A DNA stretch of 64,000 nt from a virus, in IMG/VR virus record IMGVR_UViG_3300033571_022960, positions 69,436-133,435 of that record. One strand, 5' to 3'. The notes beneath the pieces were generated by a model. It saw only the letters and a list, made by a program, of their open reading frames with translations, made no database searches and was not told the origin of the DNA. Made by a program: the position numbers and the translations under genes. How positions within the stretch are numbered: position 1 is the first letter of the stretch; every line of letters starts with the position of its first letter. Shown in pieces: positions 1-9,757 of the stretch.

Positions 1-195
1 AATAAAGATTTTTTCGTTCAAAGATTTCGGTAATTCATTATCCAATTGTATCATCCAATCAGTTTCTTTAACTGAAATTATTTCTCTATCCTCATCATCC
101 TGATGCCATTCCAATTCATCAGGATTAACATTTTGGTTAAACTCCCTTATTAGTTTATTTTCTTTTTTTGTTTCTTTAAATGGATATTTCATCAT
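1..195 (-). CDS. Conserved phage protein, cupin-like (5' part; runs off the window edge)
   Basis: Manual translation from ATG195: MMKYPFKETKKENKLIREFNQNVNPDELEWHQDDEDREIISVKETDWMIQLDNELP...; resembles a widespread large-phage family; open to position 1. Confidence 0.6.
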   Translation of the reverse strand, partial: MMKYPFKETKKENKLIREFNQNVNPDELEWHQDDEDREIISVKETDWMIQLDNELPKSLNEKIFI

Positions 196-228
196 AAGTA
201 AATATTTATCTTAAAAGAAAAAATATTT

Positions 229-2304
229 ATGCCATTAAATTTAAAATCTAGAGCAAATGACCAATTATTACAATCGGTAGAATATTATAAAAAAAAGATA
301 GAAAATAATGAATTCCCAACTATTAAAGTAGAAGTTTTTAAATTATTCTCTGATGATATTAAGAAAAAATATATAATTCTTTCTTTAAAAAATTATAGAC
401 CTTTACAAGAACCATTTATAAAAGAACTATCAGATGAATTAAAAAATTTTTATGAATATAAAATGGTTACTTATGCAAACTTTTTTGCAAGGGATATAAT
501 ATATGATAATGAAATATCTTTGAATGAAATAAAAGATTGGCATTTAAAATTCTTTAAATATCTAGGGGATGAACAAATAAAAATAATAATTACTAAAGTA
601 ATAAATTCTGATGAAGAAATTCTTGAACCATTAATAGAATTTGTTAAAGAACATAAAGAATTGTTAAATGAAGAAGATTATATAAAATTTTTAAATAAAG
701 AATATATAAATTTTTGGTGGTCAGATGAAGAAGAAGAACTAATAATAAATTATGATAAACTATTAGAAAACACAAAAAGTTTTCTTTTAGGTAGATTAAT
801 TCAATCATCACAAATAGATAGATTACCAATAGAAAAATACCTTAAAGATTGGGGGATAATTGATTTAAAATATAAGTATGAATTTCTTGATTATATGTTA
901 GAAAATGATAATGGTGAATTTTTTGAAAACAACCCAAATCTAATAATTGGTAATATAATAGATAAAATTATTGAATATGATATAATTGAAGATAAGGAAA
1001 ATCTTTATAGGAATATGGATGATAATCAAAAAAAGTATTGGATTCAAAAAAGAATGGAATATTTTGGTTATGATGAATTGGAAGAATGGGAAAAACGAAT
1101 TGCAGGATTATATCCAAAATATAAAAATCTACAACAAAAAATAAAAACAACTGGTGAATTTTTAACTGATGATGAATTTAAAGATTTAACAAATAAACAA
1201 AAACAAATGTATTTGCAAAGACTTAAAAACGATGGTGAAGAATTAACTGATTGGGAAAAAAGGTATTTGGGTGAAGGATTGAGTAATAAGATTAAATCTC
1301 GTGCTGGGGAACAAGAAAAACAAAGAGAAGAATATATAAATCAGATTTTAAATAAAGATTTAAATAATATTACAAAAGAAGATATTGTTCTTTTGTTAAA
1401 TATCATAAAAGAATTAACCCCTTTAAATGACCAAAAAATCATTAATAAATTTAATGAAAAAATAATTAAATCAGTAAGTGATATATTACCAAATAATCAT
1501 ATTGAATATGACGAACATTTTGATGTGTTGTTTTTAACATTTTCTAATAAAAACTGTCCTTTTTGTGAAATTGAGTTTACTAATTTAACATTAAGTAAAA
1601 TTTATATTACAAAAAATATAAACACATTTAAAAAAACATTTAACACTTTAGGTGAATTAATAACCTATATAAAAGAAGAAATTTTAAAACAAAATACAAT
1701 GGAAGGAATAAAACTAAAAAATACCACTTTAAATGAGTCCAGAACGATTATCTCCGAAGATGTGAAGTACCACATAGAAAATGGTTTATCTTTAAACCAG
1801 AACGTTTTTAGAATAGGTTCTGAATCATATTATTCACTTATTAATGAGTGTAGAACACTTTATAAGAAAGATATTATTGAATTAAATGAATCAGATAAGG
1901 AATTGATTGAATCAGATTTAGGAAAATCAGTAAATACAACTCATGGTTGGGTTTACTTGGATTCACCATTTTTATTGGAAGAAACAGATGAAACACTTGA
2001 AACTTGGGGAAGAATGTGCGAGGCAGAATATAAAGGAAGAAAAGTATCCTTAAATAAACCTTTTAGAAGTTCATCAGGAGGAAAAAAATATGGTGTTTAT
2101 GTTAAGAATCCTGAAAGTGGAAAGGTTAAATTAATTCGTTTTGGGGATTCAAATATGAGGGTTGGAACTGGCAATAAAGAAAGAATTAAATCTTTTGTTG
2201 CACGTCATAAATGTCATGAAAAAAAGGATAAAACTAAGGCAGGTTATTGGGCATGCAGATTACCTCAATACGGTTTGGTTAAATATAAAGGTAGATTTTG
2301 GTAA
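229..2304 (+). CDS. Composite late/virion-associated protein: LNLKSRA modules fused to a conserved large-phage C-terminal domain
   Basis: 691-aa ORF; C-terminus AEYKGRKVSLNKP...VYVKNP..GKVKLIRFGD...RHKC...AGYWAC resembles a conserved T4-like phage hypothetical; ATATTTAT at 202-209. Confidence 0.75.
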   Translation: MPLNLKSRANDQLLQSVEYYKKKIENNEFPTIKVEVFKLFSDDIKKKYIILSLKNYRPLQEPFIKELSDELKNFYEYKMVTYANFFARDIIYDNEISLNEIKDWHLKFFKYLGDEQIKIIITKVINSDEEILEPLIEFVKEHKELLNEEDYIKFLNKEYINFWWSDEEEELIINYDKLLENTKSFLLGRLIQSSQIDRLPIEKYLKDWGIIDLKYKYEFLDYMLENDNGEFFENNPNLIIGNIIDKIIEYDIIEDKENLYRNMDDNQKKYWIQKRMEYFGYDELEEWEKRIAGLYPKYKNLQQKIKTTGEFLTDDEFKDLTNKQKQMYLQRLKNDGEELTDWEKRYLGEGLSNKIKSRAGEQEKQREEYINQILNKDLNNITKEDIVLLLNIIKELTPLNDQKIINKFNEKIIKSVSDILPNNHIEYDEHFDVLFLTFSNKNCPFCEIEFTNLTLSKIYITKNINTFKKTFNTLGELITYIKEEILKQNTMEGIKLKNTTLNESRTIISEDVKYHIENGLSLNQNVFRIGSESYYSLINECRTLYKKDIIELNESDKELIESDLGKSVNTTHGWVYLDSPFLLEETDETLETWGRMCEAEYKGRKVSLNKPFRSSSGGKKYGVYVKNPESGKVKLIRFGDSNMRVGTGNKERIKSFVARHKCHEKKDKTKAGYWACRLPQYGLVKYKGRFW

Positions 2305-2568
2305 TTATAGGTTAAAAAAATCATACCTATCCCACCTACCTGATAAACTATTATTTACTTCACTACGTAAACCATACTTTTTTCGTATTCTATCTTCTAA
2401 TTCTATACGAAAATCAGAAAAATAAGTAGTAAAATACTTATTTAAGTCACTCAAAATACTAATATTATTTAATGATATATCTGTAACAGTTATTTCTAAC
2501 GTTTCATTATATTCTTTTGCGGAATATGATACAGTACCAATTTTTTCTTTATCTTTAAAGTTTTTCAT
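2305..2568 (-). CDS. Hypothetical protein
   Basis: 87-aa ORF, ATG start, fills the intergenic space. Confidence 0.55.
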   Translation of the reverse strand: MKNFKDKEKIGTVSYSAKEYNETLEITVTDISLNNISILSDLNKYFTTYFSDFRIELEDRIRKKYGLRSEVNNSLSGRWDRYDFFNL

Positions 2569-2587
2569 AACTTATTTTTTAAAAAGA

Positions 2588-2618
2588 AACCGTTGCACCA
2601 ACTAAGGTAACAACGGTT
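2588..2618 (-). terminator. Intrinsic terminator-like hairpin
   Basis: AACCGTTG-N15-CAACGGTT flanked by A runs, downstream of 2646-3107(-). Confidence 0.55.
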
Positions 2619-2645
2619 AAAAAACAACAACACAAACCTTATATT

Positions 2646-3107
2646 TTATTGATTAAAATCAACATCACATTTTTTCCAAAATTCTGCAAGACCACCTTCA
2701 CCAACATATTCAACAATCACCTTTAATGGTTCTTTTGTTGGGTCTTTTGATAAAACAAAAAATGAATCGAAATCATTTTCTTCTTTAGTGTGTAAAAAGA
2801 CATTTAAATATTTATGTGGTTTTTCTTCAATTACAATTTGATAAACTGGTAAAAATTCTATATTTTCTTTTAGAATTTTTTCTTGAATATCAGATTCTAA
2901 TACTTTTTCGTTTAAATTTTCCGCATATTTACTTAACAAAACAAAGTGTAAGGTGGTACAACCAAACATAGTTTCTTTATAATCTTCCATATTGTTTTGA
3001 TGTAAATAATCAAACAATTGTTCAAATAGTTTATTTGCTCCAGCATTTTGTGGGTAAGGTGAAACTTTTTCGTGTTCTGTGTTACCGATTGTAATTTTTA
3101 ATTCCAT
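2646..3107 (-). CDS. Hypothetical protein
   Basis: 153-aa ORF followed by a hairpin. Confidence 0.7.
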   Translation of the reverse strand: MELKITIGNTEHEKVSPYPQNAGANKLFEQLFDYLHQNNMEDYKETMFGCTTLHFVLLSKYAENLNEKVLESDIQEKILKENIEFLPVYQIVIEEKPHKYLNVFLHTKEENDFDSFFVLSKDPTKEPLKVIVEYVGEGGLAEFWKKCDVDFNQ

Positions 3108-3182
3108 TTTATCTTTTTTTTTTGATTTTTATAAGTATAAACAATTTTTTTTTAAAAATCAAATATTTATATAGAAAAATTT

Positions 3183-3431
3183 ATGGCAAAATACAAAATA
3201 ACAGAAAGACAATTAAATTTTGTTAGAGAAAACTTGAATATAAAATCTACTGTAAAACCAGAGGATAGTGAAAATGTTAAAACACCCAATCCTGATTTTA
3301 TGTCAACAAAAGATGTTGAAATAGAATTAAAAGAAGTTATTCAAAAAGTCATAAATAAATTTAAATACATCCCTAAAATAGAAAAAGAAAATTTTAAAAA
3401 AGAATTAGATATTTTCCTTTCTAAATTTTAA
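3183..3431 (+). CDS. Small late protein with ITERQL-type N-terminal motif (possible head-packaged protein)
   Basis: MAKYKITERQLNFVRENLNIKS; ATATTTAT at 3163-3170. Confidence 0.65.
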   Translation: MAKYKITERQLNFVRENLNIKSTVKPEDSENVKTPNPDFMSTKDVEIELKEVIQKVINKFKYIPKIEKENFKKELDIFLSKF

Positions 3432-3461
3432 TTTTCTACATTATTATTTATATTTCTTCCC

Positions 3462-4022
3462 ATGAAAATTGGGATTATTACTCAAAAGGAATTTAAATTA
3501 TTTAATGAATACCCTTTACTATTTGAATATGGTGAATCCGATTACAATTTAATAATTGGTTATAATCTGGCAAAAGAATTAAATAAAAACACCAGTTTTT
3601 TAAATAATAAAATAAATAATAATACTTACTGGGTTTGGAGTGATGAAGAAAAACCTACTGATTCAAAAAAATTAACAATTAATATAATAAAACTTATAAT
3701 TGAAGAAATTATTAAGAATACAGAATATAAGGTGGTTGACCCAATCATTAATAAAATAACCAAAGAAAGTATAAAAAATTATTTCGCAAATAAAAATATA
3801 AACTACTACACCAAAATTGATAGAATGTTATTTCTTTATTATGAAAAGGAAATATTTGGTTTTGATTTGGAAGTTTTTAAATGGATGGATTGGAATATAA
3901 AGGAATTAATTGATTTTAAACCGTTAAAACCTTTTTTAATTGATGATAAATATTTGGATTTATTTACTGAAAAAAATAAAAAATATATACCAATTTTCTA
4001 CAGTAGTTTAAATAGAAAATAA
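3462..4022 (+). CDS. Hypothetical protein
   Basis: 186-aa ORF; TATATTTC box 5 nt upstream of ATG. Confidence 0.7.
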   Translation: MKIGIITQKEFKLFNEYPLLFEYGESDYNLIIGYNLAKELNKNTSFLNNKINNNTYWVWSDEEKPTDSKKLTINIIKLIIEEIIKNTEYKVVDPIINKITKESIKNYFANKNINYYTKIDRMLFLYYEKEIFGFDLEVFKWMDWNIKELIDFKPLKPFLIDDKYLDLFTEKNKKYIPIFYSSLNRK

Positions 4023-4348
4023 TTACCTGTATATAAACCACTATAATACTCTTCTAAATAAAATTTTAAATTAGATGGAATATGTATTGAATATAGTCCT
4101 TTTCTAGCACCATTGCCAACATAACACATTTTATAAAATAAAATAACCCTATTTTTACTTTTTAAAATATTAAAATCTTTTTTATTAATTTTTATACTTA
4201 AACCCAAATGACATTGCCCAAAACATTCTATTTCTGGATAAACATTTAAATTTTCTTTAAATAAATCAATATCTAAAAAAGAGTTATTTACGTTAAAGAA
4301 ACCGTTATTTGATTTTTGTAGATTAGTTATTGTTTTTTGCAAGTTCAT
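3998..4348 (-). CDS. KTLxNL family member 1
   Basis: Starts MNLQKTITNLQKSNNGFFN. Confidence 0.75.
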   Translation of the reverse strand: MNLQKTITNLQKSNNGFFNVNNSFLDIDLFKENLNVYPEIECFGQCHLGLSIKINKKDFNILKSKNRVILFYKMCYVGNGARKGLYSIHIPSNLKFYLEEYYSGLYTGNYFLFKLL

Positions 4349-4676
4349 ATTCTCCGATAAAAAGTTGATAGGATAAATTCATAATACCTGTATTTAATTT
4401 ATTTTTAAAAAAATATAAAATTTCAGCATGTTGATTCACCCATCCTTCGGGTCTAATCACTTGTTCTACTTTTATTTGAATTTTATAACAACAAGAATTA
4501 CCATTATCTTCTAAATTATTCCTATTTATTAGAAATACATTATATTCTCTATGTCCGTTTTTATACTTATAAAGTAAATTAACTTTAAAAGTATCAAAAT
4601 TAACAAAAAAATTTTCCATATTAAAAAAACCTGTTTTTGATTTTTTTAAATTATTTAATGTTTTTTGTAAGTTCAT
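4323..4676 (-). CDS. KTLxNL family member 2
   Basis: Starts MNLQKTLNNLKKSKTGFFN; close paralog of 9437-9757. Confidence 0.75.
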   Translation of the reverse strand: MNLQKTLNNLKKSKTGFFNMENFFVNFDTFKVNLLYKYKNGHREYNVFLINRNNLEDNGNSCCYKIQIKVEQVIRPEGWVNQHAEILYFFKNKLNTGIMNLSYQLFIGEYELAKNNN

Positions 4677-4836
4677 TTATCAATTTTTTTGCAGATTCTT
4701 TAAACTCTTCTTCTGTATATTCAGATTTTGGATAATATTTCACAATAACACCATCACCCATTAAAAGAAAAGAATCTTTATTATTGATTCCTTTACCCTC
4801 TGATAGTTTATATATTCTGTTTATAGATTTTTTCAT
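4651..4836 (-). CDS. Hypothetical protein
   Basis: 61-aa ORF overlapping both neighbours in an operon-like chain. Confidence 0.55.
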   Translation of the reverse strand: MKKSINRIYKLSEGKGINNKDSFLLMGDGVIVKYYPKSEYTEEEFKESAKKLINELTKNIK

Positions 4837-5005
4837 GTAAATAATAATAAATTAAAACTGTAAGAATAATTGGATTTAAAAAACAAAATAATAAAATTCT
4901 AAAAGGTTCATTTTCTTTTATAGCATACTCAATAGTTGTAAAAAACACCACAAAAAATAAAATTGAATATAAAATAATTAAAAATGTTATTAAACTAATA
5001 AACAT
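4808..5005 (-). CDS. Small membrane protein
   Basis: Two hydrophobic stretches; first gene of the minus-strand chain. Confidence 0.55.
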   Translation of the reverse strand: MFISLITFLIILYSILFFVVFFTTIEYAIKENEPFRILLFCFLNPIILTVLIYYYLHEKIYKQNI

Positions 5006-5139
5006 GGATTTTTTTTTACTAATTTAATAATTTTTTTTTAAAAAATCAAATTTTTATTAGAAAACAAAATATGATATATTTATTAAATAAAAATAGTACT
5101 ATTTAGTACCTTAATAAAAAAAGAAAAAAATAAGTAAAT

Positions 5140-5643
5140 ATGGCAAATTTAATAAATCCAATGCCAGGTAGTTTTGGAACTGCTAGTTTTGAACCGTTGA
5201 GGAAGAATAGATTCTTCTTGAGATTTGATTCTGCTCTTGGTATTGCAGAATGGTATGTTTCTACTGCTGAAAGACCTAAATTAAAGATAGATGAAACTGA
5301 AATTCAATACCTGAATGGTTCTACTTGGGTTGCAGGTAGGGCAGTCTGGGAGCCTATTACTGTTGTATTAAGAGACCCGATTGGTCCTAGTGCTACTCAA
5401 GCAACAATAGAGTGGGTTCGTTTGTGCTACGAAAGTGTAACAAATCGAAGCGGTTACGCAACTGGTTACAAGCGTAATGTTGATTTAGAAATGTTAGACC
5501 CAACAGGAGTACCAGTACAAAGATGGGTTTTACAAGGTACCTGGATTTCAAACGCAGATTATGGTAATTTAGATTACTCAAGTAGCGATATTGCTGATAT
5601 AACTCTAAATTTGCGTTTTGACCGAGCAATTAACGTTTTTTAA
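5140..5643 (+). CDS. Tail tube protein (T4 gp19-like)
   Basis: FEPLRKNRF...RPKL...GRAVWEPITVVLRDPIGPS..QA..EW...YKRNVDLEMLDPTG..VQRWVLQGTW...LDYSSSD pattern; late motif 5076-5083; terminator after. Confidence 0.85.
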   Translation: MANLINPMPGSFGTASFEPLRKNRFFLRFDSALGIAEWYVSTAERPKLKIDETEIQYLNGSTWVAGRAVWEPITVVLRDPIGPSATQATIEWVRLCYESVTNRSGYATGYKRNVDLEMLDPTGVPVQRWVLQGTWISNADYGNLDYSSSDIADITLNLRFDRAINVF

Positions 5644-5661
5644 TTTTTTATCAATATATTT

Positions 5662-5693
5662 AAAACCCATGCAAAGTTTGCATGGGTTTTTTT
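5662..5693 (+). terminator. Intrinsic terminator
   Basis: AAAACCCATGCAAA-G-TTTGCATGGGTTTT followed by a T run. Confidence 0.85.
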
Positions 5694-5781
5694 ATTTACT
5701 TTATATTAAAAATTCTTAAATTTAATTATGATTCAATGTAATGAATGTGTTAAAGAATTCAAAAACTAACAAAAATAATAT

Positions 5782-6789
5782 ATGCAAACTAATCAAACTA
5801 ATCCTATAATGCCCTTTTTAGAAGAAGAATTCAAATCCTTCAACATAGAACCCTTTACAGAAGTAGAATTCAAACCAGATGAATATATTAAAGAAATAGA
5901 ACAACAATTTCGTGATGGAATGACATGGGAAAATTATAATAAATTGTGGAAATTAATTTTTATTTTACCAAAAGAAACCTTCAATTTCAAAGATAATTTT
6001 TATAGAAGTTTAAAACAATATTTTTCAATAAATAATCTTTATCCAATATATATTGATGAAACAATAGAATACCCAGAAAATTTCCATTCAACTTGTTACC
6101 AGTATAAAACAAGATTTCAATCACAATATAAAGAAAAAAATATAATTGATTTTAATCCAGATAATGCAAATCTGAATAATACAATAATAAGGGAAATTTC
6201 TAAAAAAGAATGTACAAAGGTTGTTGAAAAATATGAATGGTTGGGTAAAATGAGTGGGTTTTCAAAATACCATTTTGGAATATATTTTTTAATTGATGGA
6301 AAAGAATATCTTGGTGGGGTTCTTGCATTTCAAAATGACTATGGTGAAAATACTGATGTATGGAAAAAGTATGACTTTAAAGGTGATATGATTTTATTAA
6401 GTAGAGGAGTTTGTTTATGGTGGACACCAAAGAATACTGCATCTTATTTTATATCGAAAACTTATAAATGGTTTTTGGATAACACAAATTATAGAATTTT
6501 AACTGCAACTACTGATTCAAGTGCAGGTGAAAGTGGGGTAATTTATTCTGCATTAAATTGGTTGGGTCTTGATATGAATAAACAAAAAACAAGAACTTCT
6601 GTAATAATTGATGGTAAAGAATATTCTGGTCGTTATATGAGAAAAAAATATGGAACAATGAAGGAAAGTATTATAAAGGAAAAATTTCCTAATGCAAGAT
6701 TTGTAAAAAGTCCAAGAAAAATTAGATATTTTTATTTTATTGGTAAAGATAAAAAGTATAATAAAATGAAGTTATTAAGTTATTCGTAA
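5782..6789 (+). CDS. Mom-like GNAT-fold protein (putative DNA modification acetyltransferase)
   Basis: C-terminal half: YHFGIYF..GGVLAF..LLSRGVC..KNTASYFISK..TTDSSAGESGVIYSALNW, matching the Mu Mom family pattern as recalled. Confidence 0.6.
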   Translation: MQTNQTNPIMPFLEEEFKSFNIEPFTEVEFKPDEYIKEIEQQFRDGMTWENYNKLWKLIFILPKETFNFKDNFYRSLKQYFSINNLYPIYIDETIEYPENFHSTCYQYKTRFQSQYKEKNIIDFNPDNANLNNTIIREISKKECTKVVEKYEWLGKMSGFSKYHFGIYFLIDGKEYLGGVLAFQNDYGENTDVWKKYDFKGDMILLSRGVCLWWTPKNTASYFISKTYKWFLDNTNYRILTATTDSSAGESGVIYSALNWLGLDMNKQKTRTSVIIDGKEYSGRYMRKKYGTMKESIIKEKFPNARFVKSPRKIRYFYFIGKDKKYNKMKLLSYS

Positions 6790-7070
6790 TATAAACAATA
6801 ATCTAATAAAGAATCATCTGATAAAAGAATGTTTTTAAAACAATAAACATCACTAAAAAAATCTATTTCTATAATCAGATTAAGTTGGTTATGTTTAAAA
6901 CCTGCACTGTTAATAAAAAATTCTTCTCTAAGTTCAAATGAATCATAATATTTTAAAACTGTATCATTCCTTAATAAATCAAAATTAATCCATATTCTAC
7001 CTTTATTTTGCAAATTAAAGAAAAAATTATGTGATTTCTTTAAATTTATTAATGTTTTTTGTAACTTCAT
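6780..7070 (-). CDS. KTLxNL family member 3
   Basis: Starts MKLQKTLINLKKSHNFFFN. Confidence 0.75.
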   Translation of the reverse strand: MKLQKTLINLKKSHNFFFNLQNKGRIWINFDLLRNDTVLKYYDSFELREEFFINSAGFKHNQLNLIIEIDFFSDVYCFKNILLSDDSLLDYCLYYE

Positions 7071-7399
7071 TTATTAAATTTTTTATAATATAAATTATAA
7101 TGTTTGGATAATTTATTTATATTATTTTTATGAAAATAATAACTTTTATTATTAATTATAAAACTATATTGGGATTTAAAAGTAAAATCTGAAACTATAA
7201 TATTATTCTTTTTAATATATAAAGGATAAGGTAGTAATTCTTTATTACAAACACCATCCATAATCCACATAAAAGTTCTATATTTAAAAATATCATAATT
7301 GATTGGAATAATAGGGTTATCATCATAAGGATTTATAAATAATCCAAATGGATAATCTTTAGTTTGTTTTAGATTTTTTAGTGTTCTTTTTAAATCCAT
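7067..7399 (-). CDS. KTLxNL family member 4
   Basis: Starts MDLKRTLKNLKQTKDYPFG. Confidence 0.7.
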   Translation of the reverse strand: MDLKRTLKNLKQTKDYPFGLFINPYDDNPIIPINYDIFKYRTFMWIMDGVCNKELLPYPLYIKKNNIIVSDFTFKSQYSFIINNKSYYFHKNNINKLSKHYNLYYKKFNK

Positions 7400-7677
7400 A
7401 CCGTTTTTTCCATTATTTTAATTACTTTTTCATCAAAAATAAAACCATATTTATAATAGTTTTTAAGTGAATTTAAAAGTTTTTCGTTTGTATCAGATTT
7501 GTTAATAATATATGCAATGATTATTCTATCAGAATCCTTTAATTCACTTTTATTTATTAAACCAACCAATTCATTGATAAAAAGTTTATATTCATCCTGA
7601 TTTAATTCAACAATTCTTATAAATTTTTTTAAAATATCATCCCTTTTTTGGGTTTTATATAGATTTATATTACTCAT
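7390..7677 (-). CDS. Hypothetical protein
   Basis: 95-aa ORF in the minus-strand chain. Confidence 0.6.
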   Translation of the reverse strand: MSNINLYKTQKRDDILKKFIRIVELNQDEYKLFINELVGLINKSELKDSDRIIIAYIINKSDTNEKLLNSLKNYYKYGFIFDEKVIKIMEKTVWI

Positions 7678-7680
7678 AAG

Positions 7681-7938
7681 TTAATGAAAATAAAAGAAAT
7701 AAATTAAAGTTTTAGATGGTTTTATATTTGGAATTTGATTTCTAAAAACAAATTTACCATCAAATTCTTTGTTAATTTTTATATTTTTTAAACCAGTAGA
7801 ATCATAAGTAGTAGGTATTATTGATTTTAATTCCATACCAATTTTCAATAAATCATGGTTAACCCAAACATCTTTAGGAATATTAAAGAAAGAATTATTT
7901 GATTTTTCTAAATTTATTAATGTTTTATTTAATTTCAT
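7681..7938 (-). CDS. KTLxNL family member 5 (start corrected to ATG7938)
   Basis: MKLNKTLINLEKSNNSFFN; the longer track start overlaps the upstream gene. Confidence 0.75.
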   Translation of the reverse strand: MKLNKTLINLEKSNNSFFNIPKDVWVNHDLLKIGMELKSIIPTTYDSTGLKNIKINKEFDGKFVFRNQIPNIKPSKTLIYFFYFH

Positions 7939-8254
7939 AATATAATTCTTTGTTATGGTCATAAGATGGATTAATAAAGTATTTATTGCCAAATAATGTA
8001 AAATAACATCTAACCCCATTAACCCCATTATATTTATTAAAACGTATTTCGGATAAATTTAAATAAATTGTTTCTTTAATCGTTTTTAAACGATTATCAC
8101 TAACCAAAAAATTTGAATTATTTCTAAGTATATCCAAAGAATTAATTTTTAAATATTCTTTATTAAGAAAAGATATTTTAAACTCACTTTTACCCAAATT
8201 AAAAGGATATTTTTTTGATTTCCTTAAATTTTCAATAGTTTTTTCTAAGTCCAT
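7925..8254 (-). CDS. KTLxNL family member 6 (start corrected to ATG8254)
   Basis: MDLEKTIENLRKSKKYPFN. Confidence 0.75.
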   Translation of the reverse strand: MDLEKTIENLRKSKKYPFNLGKSEFKISFLNKEYLKINSLDILRNNSNFLVSDNRLKTIKETIYLNLSEIRFNKYNGVNGVRCYFTLFGNKYFINPSYDHNKELYYEIK

Positions 8255-8326
8255 ATTAATAAATTTAAGAAAAATAATTGAATTTTTCAAATCTATGGTT
8301 ATATTTGTTAAAAATATTAATAAAAT

Positions 8327-8533
8327 ATGAAAAAACTTTATGATGCAATTCTTCTTCACTATATGAGTGAAAAACAAAAATCTCTTGCACATCTTGAAAT
8401 TCTTTTTAAGAATCCATGTGGAATTGGTGAACACTCTGATATTTTGGAAGAGGTTAAAAAATGGGTTGAAATTGGTGCAAATGCAGATGATTGTATTAAT
8501 TTCTTAAAAACTGAATTTAAAATTGAGGAATAA
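8327..8533 (+). CDS. Small conserved phage hypothetical protein
   Basis: NPCGIGEHSDILEE motif; TATATTTG promoter box near 8300. Confidence 0.7.
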   Translation: MKKLYDAILLHYMSEKQKSLAHLEILFKNPCGIGEHSDILEEVKKWVEIGANADDCINFLKTEFKIEE

Positions 8534-8536
8534 AAT

Positions 8537-8713
8537 ATGAACGAACAAACATTGGAACAAAAGTTGGATATTATGTATAATCTAACCAAACAAGTAAATT
8601 TAAAATATGATGAACATGCAATTTTGCAACAATATTATCAGGAATTAAAAAATTACTTTAAACAAGAAGGTTCAAAAAAAGAAATAAAAAATACTGTTGA
8701 AGATGTTAATTGA
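8537..8713 (+). CDS. Hypothetical 58-aa protein (below track cut-off)
   Basis: Manual translation MNEQTLEQKLDIMYNLTKQVNLKYDEHAILQQYYQELKNYFKQEG...; fills the gap. Confidence 0.6.
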   Translation: MNEQTLEQKLDIMYNLTKQVNLKYDEHAILQQYYQELKNYFKQEGSKKEIKNTVEDVN

Positions 8714-8921
8714 AAAAAAATATAATACAAATTTTTATCCTAAAGTTGGTGATAAATATTTTAATGGTGAAAAAATATTTATTAAAGGTGTAGGTGTTAG
8801 ACTTAAAAAGTCAAGATTTTATGATGAGTGTTATATTGTTTTTGATAAAAATTATTTTATTGCAAAGGATGGGAAAGGTAACTGGATTAATGGAAAATTA
8901 ACAAAAAAACCTTTAATGTGA
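8703..8921 (+). CDS. Hypothetical protein
   Basis: ORF with overlapping start/stop coupling. Confidence 0.6.
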   Translation: MLIEKKYNTNFYPKVGDKYFNGEKIFIKGVGVRLKKSRFYDECYIVFDKNYFIAKDGKGNWINGKLTKKPLM

Positions 8922-9427
8922 AAACAAGAATAATCAATCTTTTTGGGGGTCCAAATTGTGGAAAATCAACAATTGCATCGGGATTATTTTATAATCTTAA
9001 AATTCTTGATATTAATTCAGAACTTATATCAGAATATGCAAAAATTAAGGTTTGGGAAGGAAATGAAAAAACCTTAAAAAATCAAATATATTTGTTTGCA
9101 AAACAACATTTTGCAATTCATAATGTATTGGGTTTGGTTGATTTTGTCATAATGGATTCCCCACTACTTTTAAATCCGATATACGATAAACAACAATGTG
9201 AAATCTTTAAAACACTTTGTTTATCAGAACATAATAAATTAAATAATATTAATTTCTTTATTAAAAGAAATGATAAAACTTTTCAGGAAATTGGAAGAAT
9301 TCATAATTTAAAACAATCAGAAGTTTTGGATAAACAAATAAAAGATTTTCTTGAAAACAATCAAATTGATTACTATGAAGTAACAAATCTTGAGGAAATA
9401 CTTGAAAAATTAAAAAATTTTCTTTAA
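8918..9427 (+). CDS. P-loop nucleotide kinase-like protein (AAA_28/NadR-type)
   Basis: IINLFGGPNCGKST Walker A; ELISEYAK; VIMDSPLLL. Confidence 0.7.
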   Translation: MKTRIINLFGGPNCGKSTIASGLFYNLKILDINSELISEYAKIKVWEGNEKTLKNQIYLFAKQHFAIHNVLGLVDFVIMDSPLLLNPIYDKQQCEIFKTLCLSEHNKLNNINFFIKRNDKTFQEIGRIHNLKQSEVLDKQIKDFLENNQIDYYEVTNLEEILEKLKNFL

Positions 9428-9436
9428 TTTTATATT

Positions 9437-9757
9437 ATGGATTTGGAAAAAACATTAAATAATTTAAAAAAATCAAAAACAGGTTTTTTTAATATGGATA
9501 ATTTTTTTGTTAATTTTGATACTTTTAAACTTAACTTACTTTATAGATATAAAATATACGGTAGAGAATATTTTAACATAATATCTCAAAACGTGAATTT
9601 AGAATATGGTGGTGAGTCATGTTATAGATTTACACAAGAACTTGTACATGAAAGACATGTTTTATATATTTTTAAAAATAAATTTTTCAAAGAAACAATG
9701 ACTTTATCCTATCAACTTTTTATCGGAGAATATGAACTTGCAAAAAACAATAACTAA
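9437..9757 (+). CDS. KTLxNL family member 7
   Basis: MDLEKTLNNLKKSKTGFFN. Confidence 0.75.
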   Translation: MDLEKTLNNLKKSKTGFFNMDNFFVNFDTFKLNLLYRYKIYGREYFNIISQNVNLEYGGESCYRFTQELVHERHVLYIFKNKFFKETMTLSYQLFIGEYELAKNNN

